From NCBI GenBank assembly GCA_048624115.1, contig JBMCTC010000001.1, positions 1-44,818 on the forward strand: a stretch of DNA of 44,818 nt, read 5' to 3'. Shown one piece after another: positions 36,165-43,011 of this stretch; positions within the stretch are counted from its first letter, which is position 1, and each line of letters begins with the position of its first letter. The notes beneath the pieces were generated by a model that worked only from the letters and a program-made list of their open reading frames with translations, made no database searches and was not told the origin of the DNA. This DNA is from Spirochaetota bacterium (GTDB taxonomy: Bacteria; Spirochaetota; Spirochaetia; DSM-27196; SLST01). The position numbers and the translations under genes were made by a program.

Positions 36165-37952
36165 TTAAGCGCGAAGTACCGCGTCAAACTTGCACGAGGC
36201 GTAGCATTCGCCACACTTGATGCACTGCGACTGATCGATCACATGCGGCTGACGACGTTCACCGGTTATGCAGTTGACCGGACACTTGCGAGCACACACA
36301 CCGCAACCGATGCACTTATCCACGAGAATCTCGAAGCGAAGTAGATCCTTACACTTCCCTGCCGGGCAGAGATCGTCGTTAATGTGTGCATCATACTCGG
36401 CTCGGAAGTACCTGAGCGTACTCAGGATCGGGTTTGGCGCCGTCTGGCCGAGGCCACAGAGACTCGCACGCTTCATCGCGACGCCAATCTGCTCCATCTT
36501 CTCGATATCTTCGGGAACGCCATTCCCCTTGCTGATCCGATCGAGAATGTTGTAGAGCTTTCGCCCGCCGACCCGACACGGCGCGCACTTTCCGCAGCTC
36601 TCTTCGACGGTAAAGTCGAGGTAGAACTTGGTCACATCGATCATACAGTCGGTCTCGTCCATAACGATCATGCCGCCCGAACCCATGATTGAGCCGAGCT
36701 CCTGCAGATGCTCGTAGTCAATCGGGACGTCGAGATGATCCGCCGTGATAACGCCGCCCGAGGGCCCACCGGTCTGCACCGCCTTGAACGACTTCCCGTC
36801 GGGAATGCCGCCGCCAATATTAAAGATGATGTCACGAAGCGTGGTGCCCATGGGCACTTCGACCAGACCGGAGTTCTGGATCTTGCCGGTCAGTGCGAAG
36901 ACCTTGGTGCCCTTGCTCTTCTCGGTGCCGATCTTGCTGAACCACGCGGCGCCACGAGAGATAACCACCGGAATGTTGGCAAGCGTCTCAACATTATTAA
37001 TGACAGTGGGCTTTTGCCAGAGACCTTTGACCGAAGGAAAGGGAGGTCGAGGCCGAGGCATTCCGCGCTCGCCTTCGATGCTCGCGAGGAGCGCAGTCTC
37101 TTCGCCACATACAAACGCACCGGCGCCGAGTCTGATCTCGATCTCGAAGTCAAAGCCCGAACCCAGGATGTCTTTGCCCAACAAACCGTACTCAGTTGCC
37201 TGAGCGATGGCCTTCTTGAGGCGATTAATCGCAAGTGGATATTCGGCACGAATGTAGATAAAGCCCTTGCTCGCGCCGATTGTTTTCCCGGCTATGGCCA
37301 TGGCCTCGAGCACGGAGTGCGGGTCACCCTCGAGCACGCTTCGGTCCATGTAAGCACCCGGGTCGCCCTCATCTGCATTACAAACGACGTACTTTTGATC
37401 GGCTTCTTCGGCCTTTGTGAGATTCCACTTCATCCAGGTCGGGAAACCCGCGCCACCGCGCCCGCGCAGGCCGGCAACTTTGAGTTCTTCGATCACCTGA
37501 TCAGGTGTGAGGTCGTAGAGCACCTTCTCGAGCGCTACGTACCCATCGCGAGAGATGTACTCAGAGATCTCCTCAGGGTCGATAAATCCGCAGTTCCGAA
37601 GCACGACCCGGAACTGCTTTTGGTAGAAGCTAATGTCGTCTACGCGCGCGTGCTCTTTGCTCTGCTCTTCTTTGTAGAGGAGTCTCTTGACCGGGCGCCC
37701 TTTAACGATGTGTTCTTCGATAAGCTCGCGCGCATCCTTGGGATCAACCTCCACATAGAAGCTCTCCTCGGGGAGGATCTTGACGATCGGGCCCTGTGCG
37801 CAGAAGCCAAAGCACCCGGTTTTGACGACCTGCACGGTGGTCGCGAGCTCGTGGTGCTCGACTTCGCGCTGCAGCGACTTGTAGATATCGTCGGCTTTGT
37901 TGCTCTCGCATCCGGTTCCGCCACAAACCAGAACGTAGTGTTGGTATGCCAT
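36165..37952 (-). CDS. hydB: NuoF-like flavoprotein subunit of a bifurcating-type hydrogenase (HydB/HndC)
   Basis: N-terminal thioredoxin-like 2Fe-2S (VCGGTGC..TGCFGFCAQGP), NADH/FMN site LRGRGGAGFPTWMKW, ESCGKCAPCR, and two C-terminal ferredoxin motifs (CIGCGVCARKCP, CIKCGECYASC). Confidence 0.95.
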   Translation of the reverse strand: MAYQHYVLVCGGTGCESNKADDIYKSLQREVEHHELATTVQVVKTGCFGFCAQGPIVKILPEESFYVEVDPKDARELIEEHIVKGRPVKRLLYKEEQSKEHARVDDISFYQKQFRVVLRNCGFIDPEEISEYISRDGYVALEKVLYDLTPDQVIEELKVAGLRGRGGAGFPTWMKWNLTKAEEADQKYVVCNADEGDPGAYMDRSVLEGDPHSVLEAMAIAGKTIGASKGFIYIRAEYPLAINRLKKAIAQATEYGLLGKDILGSGFDFEIEIRLGAGAFVCGEETALLASIEGERGMPRPRPPFPSVKGLWQKPTVINNVETLANIPVVISRGAAWFSKIGTEKSKGTKVFALTGKIQNSGLVEVPMGTTLRDIIFNIGGGIPDGKSFKAVQTGGPSGGVITADHLDVPIDYEHLQELGSIMGSGGMIVMDETDCMIDVTKFYLDFTVEESCGKCAPCRVGGRKLYNILDRISKGNGVPEDIEKMEQIGVAMKRASLCGLGQTAPNPILSTLRYFRAEYDAHINDDLCPAGKCKDLLRFEILVDKCIGCGVCARKCPVNCITGERRQPHVIDQSQCIKCGECYASCKFDAVLRA

Positions 37953-37954
37953 TG

Positions 37955-38353
37955 CTACTCCTTTCCCTCGACGATGTCGGCAGCCGGTCGATCAAAGACA
38001 TGCTCATCTACGAGCGTCTTGTTGATGATGTGTGAGCGCACGATCTGGGAGGCCACTTTCGGGGTTACCTTGCCGTAGATCACCGTCGGCATGTCGGGCA
38101 TGCGCACCTCGACGGTGGGCTCGGCGTGATCGAGGCCGAGACTGCCGGTCTGCCTGAGGCTAACGTTCGTCAGACCGTTCTGCTCGAGTTCGCTCATAAA
38201 GGCGGTAAGGGTGTCCTTTGCGCCGGCGGCGATGCCGCTCGTTCCCATTCCAACAATGACCTGGACGCTCTTGTTGTCGGCGTCACGCATGTCGAGTTCT
38301 TTTCGCTTCTCTTCACGAAGCTTCCGCAGATCCTCAAGGCTCATCTTTGCCAT
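37955..38353 (-). CDS. HndB-like thioredoxin-fold small subunit, cysteine-free
   Basis: 132 aa. VIVGMGTSGIAAGA..RQTGSLGLDHAEPTVEV parallels the 2Fe-2S thioredoxin-like ferredoxin pattern seen in the HydB N-terminus, but the protein has no Cys at all. Confidence 0.75.
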   Translation of the reverse strand: MAKMSLEDLRKLREEKRKELDMRDADNKSVQVIVGMGTSGIAAGAKDTLTAFMSELEQNGLTNVSLRQTGSLGLDHAEPTVEVRMPDMPTVIYGKVTPKVASQIVRSHIINKTLVDEHVFDRPAADIVEGKE

Positions 38354-38886
38354 AGTTCTTCCTCCTGACTTCTCACGTACTCCGTGATCAGCTGTAGTGC
38401 TTCTACTGTGGCCAGATCTTCGAAGATCTCGGCCAACTCGGTTCGTCTGATGGTGTACTCTGATCCATCGCGAACCCGTTCGATTTCCACTTCGTCGGGC
38501 CCCTCGCAGGTAAGCGCCAATGTAAACGTTGAAACAAGGTCGCCTGTCGGCGGCAGGTCAAGGTGGTCGGCAGGAACCTCAAAGACGACCTTCGTGCCGC
38601 CGCCCGGTTCACTTGTAAGCTCGTAGCGTCCGCCAACACTCGAGACGGTCTGAATCAGGAACGGAAGTCCTAATCCGACCTTCCTCCCAGGATGCTTGGC
38701 CCCGTCGGTGTAGAAGGGATTGACGGCGCGCGCGCGTTCGTCGGCGCCCATTCCTTTTCCGTTGTCCTCTACGGAGACGCGCAGGCGAGCATCACGCTCG
38801 TGCCACCGCACATCAATCCGAGAGCTTTCCGCCGCCACCGCGTTCTGGAACAGATCCGTCAGCAGCTCGGCAAGCGAAAAGTGCAC
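38341..38886 (-). CDS. Stand-alone GHKL (histidine-kinase-like) ATPase inside the hydrogenase operon
   Basis: N-box LFQNAV, G1 box EDNGKGM and G2 box GLGLPFL. No DHp/His-phosphotransfer domain. The GTG at 38886 follows GGAAGGAG and lies 2 nt after the hydC stop. The track ORF extends further 5' into hydC. Confidence 0.75.
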   Translation of the reverse strand: MHFSLAELLTDLFQNAVAAESSRIDVRWHERDARLRVSVEDNGKGMGADERARAVNPFYTDGAKHPGRKVGLGLPFLIQTVSSVGGRYELTSEPGGGTKVVFEVPADHLDLPPTGDLVSTFTLALTCEGPDEVEIERVRDGSEYTIRRTELAEIFEDLATVEALQLITEYVRSQEEELWQR

Positions 38887-38888
38887 GC

Positions 38889-39368
38889 CTACTCCTTCCG
38901 GTGCTCCGCAATGATATCGGGAAGTTTTGCCTTCTGGACCTTTCCGTACACCTGATCGTTTACCGTCAACACCGGCGCAAGGCCACAACAACCCACGCAG
39001 CGCACCGCCTCGACGCTAAACAGGCCGTCGGGAGTTACCTCGTTAATGCCGACACCGAGCAGGTTTTCGATCTCCTGGATCAGGTCCTCGCCGCCCTTGA
39101 GGTAGCAGGCGGTTCCCATGCAGACTGAGATCTTGTTCTTCCCCGGCTTCTCGAGCTTAAAAAAGTGATAGAACGTTATGACGCCGTAAATCTTGGCGAG
39201 AGGCACTTCGATCAGCTTTGCGAGCTCGAGTGCAACGCCGCGGGGTATGTAGCCGTTCTCTTCCTGCACGCGGTGCAGGATCATAATGAGGTTGCCCGGC
39301 TTATCTCGCCACTCTTCGACAAAGCTGAGAATGTCCTCTGATAGCGTTGTCTCTTCCGTTACTGGCAT
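38889..39368 (-). CDS. hydC: NuoE-like 2Fe-2S subunit of the hydrogenase (HydC/HndA)
   Basis: Motifs CMGTACYLKG and VRCVGCCGLAP. 159 aa. First gene of the operon, with a GGAGG Shine-Dalgarno. Confidence 0.9.
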   Translation of the reverse strand: MPVTEETTLSEDILSFVEEWRDKPGNLIMILHRVQEENGYIPRGVALELAKLIEVPLAKIYGVITFYHFFKLEKPGKNKISVCMGTACYLKGGEDLIQEIENLLGVGINEVTPDGLFSVEAVRCVGCCGLAPVLTVNDQVYGKVQKAKLPDIIAEHRKE

Positions 39369-39397
39369 ATGACCTCCATAGATCCGTTTCGGAGTGG

Positions 39398-39426
39398 ATG
39401 GTACAAGAAATGTGATCGTCTGACAA
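39398..39426 (-). promoter_or_regulatory. Candidate promoter of the hydrogenase operon with an overlapping quasi-palindrome
   Basis: Minus strand TTGTCA - 17 nt - TACCAT, about 30 nt upstream of the ATG at 39368. The plus-strand quasi-palindrome TGTGAtcgtcTGACA (39411-39425) overlaps the -35/spacer. Confidence 0.3.
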
Positions 39427-39482
39427 GTTTAGTTCACGGAGTCAGCCTCAGTCAAATCACAATCACATTGAACTCGCAGTGT

Positions 39483-39491
39483 TGATATAAT
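39483..39491 (+). promoter_or_regulatory. Candidate extended -10 promoter element for rex
   Basis: TGATATAAT (TGnTATAAT) about 50 nt upstream of the rex ATG. No good -35. Confidence 0.3.
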
Positions 39492-39542
39492 AACAGAGAT
39501 TGGGTACGATACAAGTAAATTATTGTGAATTAAGGAGCAATA

Positions 39543-40214
39543 ATGGAGGATAAGATCCACAGACCGATGGTACTCCGGTTGGCTCGGTACCTTCGGGTAT
39601 TAGAAAAACTCAAGGGCCTTGGTTTTGTCAAAGTCTTCTCGAACAATCTCGGCGACGCGATTGGCGCTACGCCCGCGGTTGTCCGGAAGGACTTCTCGGT
39701 GATCGGCATCACGGGGAACAAGCGGGGTGGCTACGTCATTGACTCGCTGATCGAACGCCTTGTCGAGGTGCTCGGCAAGAACGAGACGGAGAAGGTTGTT
39801 GTTGTAGGCGTCGGCCGCATTGGAAGCGCCCTCATCAACTACCGTGAGTTTGTTCGAGAGGGCATTCGCGTCGTAGCGGGCTTCGACACGAATGAGTCGC
39901 TGGTCAATCGAGACCTGGCAATTCCGCTTCTCCCAATGGTGGAGTTTCCCAAGTTCGTGAGCGAGAGCAATATCGAAGTTGCCGTCCTGGCGGTGCCCGA
40001 CTCGGTGGCAACAAGCGTTTTTGAGCTGATGATTGATGCGGGCATTCGAGGCGTGCTCAACTTCACCTCGGTGGAACTGAAATGTGGTGCCGCCTGCCAC
40101 GAGCGTGGCTGCTCCGAAGAGTGCACCGTTCAAAACGTAAATATCGGCCTCGAGATCGAGAATCTCTTCTATCTCATTCGATTGAAGCGCGAAACCGAAG
40201 AGATCTCCGTATAG
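39543..40214 (+). CDS. rex: Redox-sensing transcriptional repressor Rex
   Basis: N-terminal winged helix (RLARYLRVLEKL..VFSNNLGDAIG..AVVRKDFS) and the Rossmann loop VVVVGVGRIGSAL. 223 aa. Confidence 0.9.
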   Translation: MEDKIHRPMVLRLARYLRVLEKLKGLGFVKVFSNNLGDAIGATPAVVRKDFSVIGITGNKRGGYVIDSLIERLVEVLGKNETEKVVVVGVGRIGSALINYREFVREGIRVVAGFDTNESLVNRDLAIPLLPMVEFPKFVSESNIEVAVLAVPDSVATSVFELMIDAGIRGVLNFTSVELKCGAACHERGCSEECTVQNVNIGLEIENLFYLIRLKRETEEISV

Positions 40215-41138
40215 ATGAGCACGTTGCCGCTCGATGCCGGAGAACCTGCGTTTGTCACGGAGCTGATCTATAGGCTCAAGATCAAGGACGCGATGACCTC
40301 GGCGCTCTACACCGCGACACCTGACGAGAGCCTGCGCTCGCTCCAGATCAGAATGAAAGAAGCGCAGATTACCGGCGTGCCGGTCGTTGCCGGTACAAGG
40401 ATTCTCGGGATCGTGAGCATGGACGATGTAATCCGCGCACTTGATGAAGGCTACATCGACGAGCCGGCGGGCGATCACATGAGTAAGCAGCTGATCGTGC
40501 TCGAAGACGACATGCCCCTGAGCTTTGGCATCTCCTACATGGAGAAGTACCGCTTTGGTCGCTTTCCCGTGCTGAACAAGGAAAAGGAACTCGTCGGAAT
40601 CATCACGAGTAGGGACATACTCACCACCCTTCTCATGGAGATGAATCGAGAGGTTGAACGAAGAGAGCAACTGCAATCTGAAGTTCGTACCAACGAGAGC
40701 TTCTACCGAGAGTACCGGGTACGCAAGTTTGATTTCGAGCATTCCGGCAAGGCAACCGGCGAAGTTAAGATCGAGCTCAAGCAGATGGGGCTCCCGCCGA
40801 AGTTCATTCGGCGCGTTGCCGTGGCGAGTTACGAGCTCGAGATGAATGAGGTCGTACACTCCGAGGGCGGATCGTTGCAGGCGCGGATTACGCCCGAGCA
40901 GGTAGAGATCGTTGCAAAGGACACCGGACCGGGAATTCCCGATCTCGAGAAGGCGCTTACCGAGGGCTACTCCACCGCCACGGAGTGGGTTCGCTCGCTC
41001 GGGTTTGGAGCGGGCATGGGATTGCCAAACGCTCGCCGCGCCGCCGACGAGTTTCGAATCTCGAGCGACGAGAAGGGAACCACCGTCAGATGCTTGTTTC
41101 ACATTCCGCAAACAGGGGGAACCGATGAAGGCGCATGA
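40215..41138 (+). CDS. CBS-pair domain fused to an RsbW/SpoIIAB-type GHKL serine-kinase-like domain
   Basis: Two CBS motifs (ITGVPVV..ILGIVSMDDVIRAL; FGRFPVLNKEKELVGIITSRDIL). C-terminal HATPase region IVAKDTGPGIPD..GFGAGMGLPNARR. The ATG directly abuts the rex stop (TAGATG). Confidence 0.8.
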   Translation: MSTLPLDAGEPAFVTELIYRLKIKDAMTSALYTATPDESLRSLQIRMKEAQITGVPVVAGTRILGIVSMDDVIRALDEGYIDEPAGDHMSKQLIVLEDDMPLSFGISYMEKYRFGRFPVLNKEKELVGIITSRDILTTLLMEMNREVERREQLQSEVRTNESFYREYRVRKFDFEHSGKATGEVKIELKQMGLPPKFIRRVAVASYELEMNEVVHSEGGSLQARITPEQVEIVAKDTGPGIPDLEKALTEGYSTATEWVRSLGFGAGMGLPNARRAADEFRISSDEKGTTVRCLFHIPQTGGTDEGA

Positions 41139-41460
41139 AGTAGCCGAACTACTCGATGCTGAAATACTCTGCGGCTCGCCGGAGGTCGAGTGTCGCGCCG
41201 GCTACAGCTCAGACCTCTTGAGTGACGTCATGGCAAACGCAGAAGAGGGCTCAGCCCTCATCACCATACAGGCTCACGCGAACACCGTCGCGGTGGCAAG
41301 CCACGTCGACCTGCCGCTGATCGTGGTTTGTAACGATCGTCCCGTACCCGAGGAGATGCTCGAGGCGGCACGTGAGAACAACATCGCGATCTGCCGAACC
41401 TCCAAAGACCAGTTTTCGAGCGCGGGGCTCCTCTACGCGAGGTTGCAGACCGGTCAATGA
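41125..41460 (+). CDS. DRTGG-domain protein
   Basis: 111 aa. SDLLSDVMANAEEGSALITIQAHANTVAVASHVDLPLIVVCNDRPVPEEMLEAARENNIAI matches the DRTGG-type small domain as I remember it. The ATG at 41125 overlaps the upstream gene by 14 nt. Confidence 0.65.
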   Translation: MKAHEVAELLDAEILCGSPEVECRAGYSSDLLSDVMANAEEGSALITIQAHANTVAVASHVDLPLIVVCNDRPVPEEMLEAARENNIAICRTSKDQFSSAGLLYARLQTGQ

Positions 41461-42167
41461 CCGTCCATGCGGACATTCACCTTCATAGCTGCTTGAGCCC
41501 GTGCGGGGACCTGAGCATGTCGCCGCGAGCGCTCGTAGAAGCCGCGGTCCGCGCCGGCCTCTCGTTGATTGCCCTTACCGACCACAACACTGCGCGAAAC
41601 GCCCCCGCCTTCGCCGCGGCGTGCAGCGAAGCGGGGATCGTTCCCCTTTTTGGTGCCGAGGCTACGAGTAGCGAAGAGGCACATGTGCTCGGCATCTTTG
41701 GGGACCTCGAATCGGGCCTCGAGTTTGGCGAACGCCTCTACGCGACGCTTCCGGAGTTTGCGGTCGACCCCGCGCGTTACGGCGATCAGGTGGTTGTCGA
41801 CCCGGACGAGATGGTAATCGAAGTGCTCGCAAAGGGGCTTATCTCCGCATCGACCTATTCGCTGCGTCAACTCGGCGAGCTCATTCACGAGCTCGGTGGT
41901 TTGTTTATTCCCGCCCATATAGACCGGTCTTCGTTTAGCATCTGGTCCCAGCTCGGATTTCTACCGCCGGACAGTTACGATGCGGTGGAGATCTACTCGA
42001 ACTCGAATCGGATCGCATACGGCGGCTACACGGCAATCTGCAACTCCGATGCTCATTTCCCTGCCGACGTCGCACGCCGTCACTTCTCGTTTGAGGCGGA
42101 TGAGCCGAGCTTTCGCGGTCTCCAACACGCGATCGCGGACGGCGCAATTGCCCGCCACGGAGTGTAG
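41457..42167 (+). CDS. PHP-family metal-dependent phosphoesterase
   Basis: HADIHLHSCLSPCGD and IALTDHNT are PHP motifs I and II; PAHIDR is a later motif. ATGA overlap with the DRTGG gene stop. Confidence 0.8.
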   Translation: MTVHADIHLHSCLSPCGDLSMSPRALVEAAVRAGLSLIALTDHNTARNAPAFAAACSEAGIVPLFGAEATSSEEAHVLGIFGDLESGLEFGERLYATLPEFAVDPARYGDQVVVDPDEMVIEVLAKGLISASTYSLRQLGELIHELGGLFIPAHIDRSSFSIWSQLGFLPPDSYDAVEIYSNSNRIAYGGYTAICNSDAHFPADVARRHFSFEADEPSFRGLQHAIADGAIARHGV

Positions 42168-42228
42168 CGGGTCTCGCGCACACCGGGCTGATTGAAAACA
42201 AGCGAGCCTCGTCGCTATCTTCTCCCAC

Positions 42229-43011
42229 ATGCGATGCCGACTCACCGTCCTCGTACTCACCTTCTCGTGCATAGGAGCCCTGGCTATGGCATCAGACGCA
42301 AACGCAGTGGAACTGGTCGACCGCCTCGGGATGATTGTCATACGGGGCACCGACGGCGAGAGTGCAGTCGAGAAAGCGGCTGCGGAAGCTCTCGAGGCGA
42401 TCGAGGCCGGTGGTGATCGCGCGTCGATCGAGGCGAACAAGCGCGCGATCCTCATGGCGCAGCGCAGCTTCTACCTAGGTTTTTTCCAACGAGGCGAGGG
42501 CAGAGAGCGCGAGGCCGAGCGTTTGTTCGAACGCGCCGCGGAAACAGCACGTGAAGCGGTACGAGAGCGCCCGACCTCGGAAGGAATGCGCGTACTCTCG
42601 GATGCGCTTCAGCAGTTGCTCGAGTTGCGGGGAAGTCTCTATCAGTTGTTGAACTTCAGGGCCGCGCGGGATGCGGCATTCGAGGCGATCGAGCTGGACA
42701 ACGAGAACCCGGCGGCGTATCTCGCTGCGGTGAGCTACTTGGCAACCGCCCCCGCTGCGGGCGGCGGGGATAAGGAAGAGGCGCAACGGTATCTCGATCG
42801 CGCCTCAGCCCTCTTGGCGGATCGTGACGATACGTCGAGCGTAATGAACCTCCGGTTTCTCGTGGCCGTCTGGCAGGCGCTCCTCGAGGCGAGCAAGGGC
42901 AACACGAACGCTTCATCGCGGGCGTTTGAACGCGCCGAGGAGATCTACCCGGAGAACTGGTGGCTTGCCGAGATGCGGGCCGCCGTTACAGACGATCTGC
43001 GGAACCAATGA
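42229..43011 (+). CDS. Secreted all-helical (TPR-like) hypothetical protein
   Basis: Signal peptide MRCRLTVLVLTFSCIGALAMA followed by Ala/Glu/Arg-rich helical repeats. No motif recognised. Confidence 0.6.
   Translation: MRCRLTVLVLTFSCIGALAMASDANAVELVDRLGMIVIRGTDGESAVEKAAAEALEAIEAGGDRASIEANKRAILMAQRSFYLGFFQRGEGREREAERLFERAAETAREAVRERPTSEGMRVLSDALQQLLELRGSLYQLLNFRAARDAAFEAIELDNENPAAYLAAVSYLATAPAAGGGDKEEAQRYLDRASALLADRDDTSSVMNLRFLVAVWQALLEASKGNTNASSRAFERAEEIYPENWWLAEMRAAVTDDLRNQ

Noticed and set aside
36708-38078. 456-aa plus-strand ORF.
   Set aside because: It is antisense to hydB and the HndB-like gene. No motifs, and the sense strand encodes unmistakable NuoF-like sequence.
39369-39542. A canonical Rex operator (TTGTGAA-n4-TTCACAA) expected between rex and the hyd operon.
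   Set aside because: Only half-sites and a mis-spaced quasi-palindrome are present, so I do not annotate a Rex box as a feature.
39600-41111. 503-aa minus-strand ORF.
   Set aside because: It is antisense to the rex and CBS-GHKL genes, which have strong domain signatures. Its translation is R/L/G/A-rich with no motif, which is the typical shadow ORF of GC-rich DNA.
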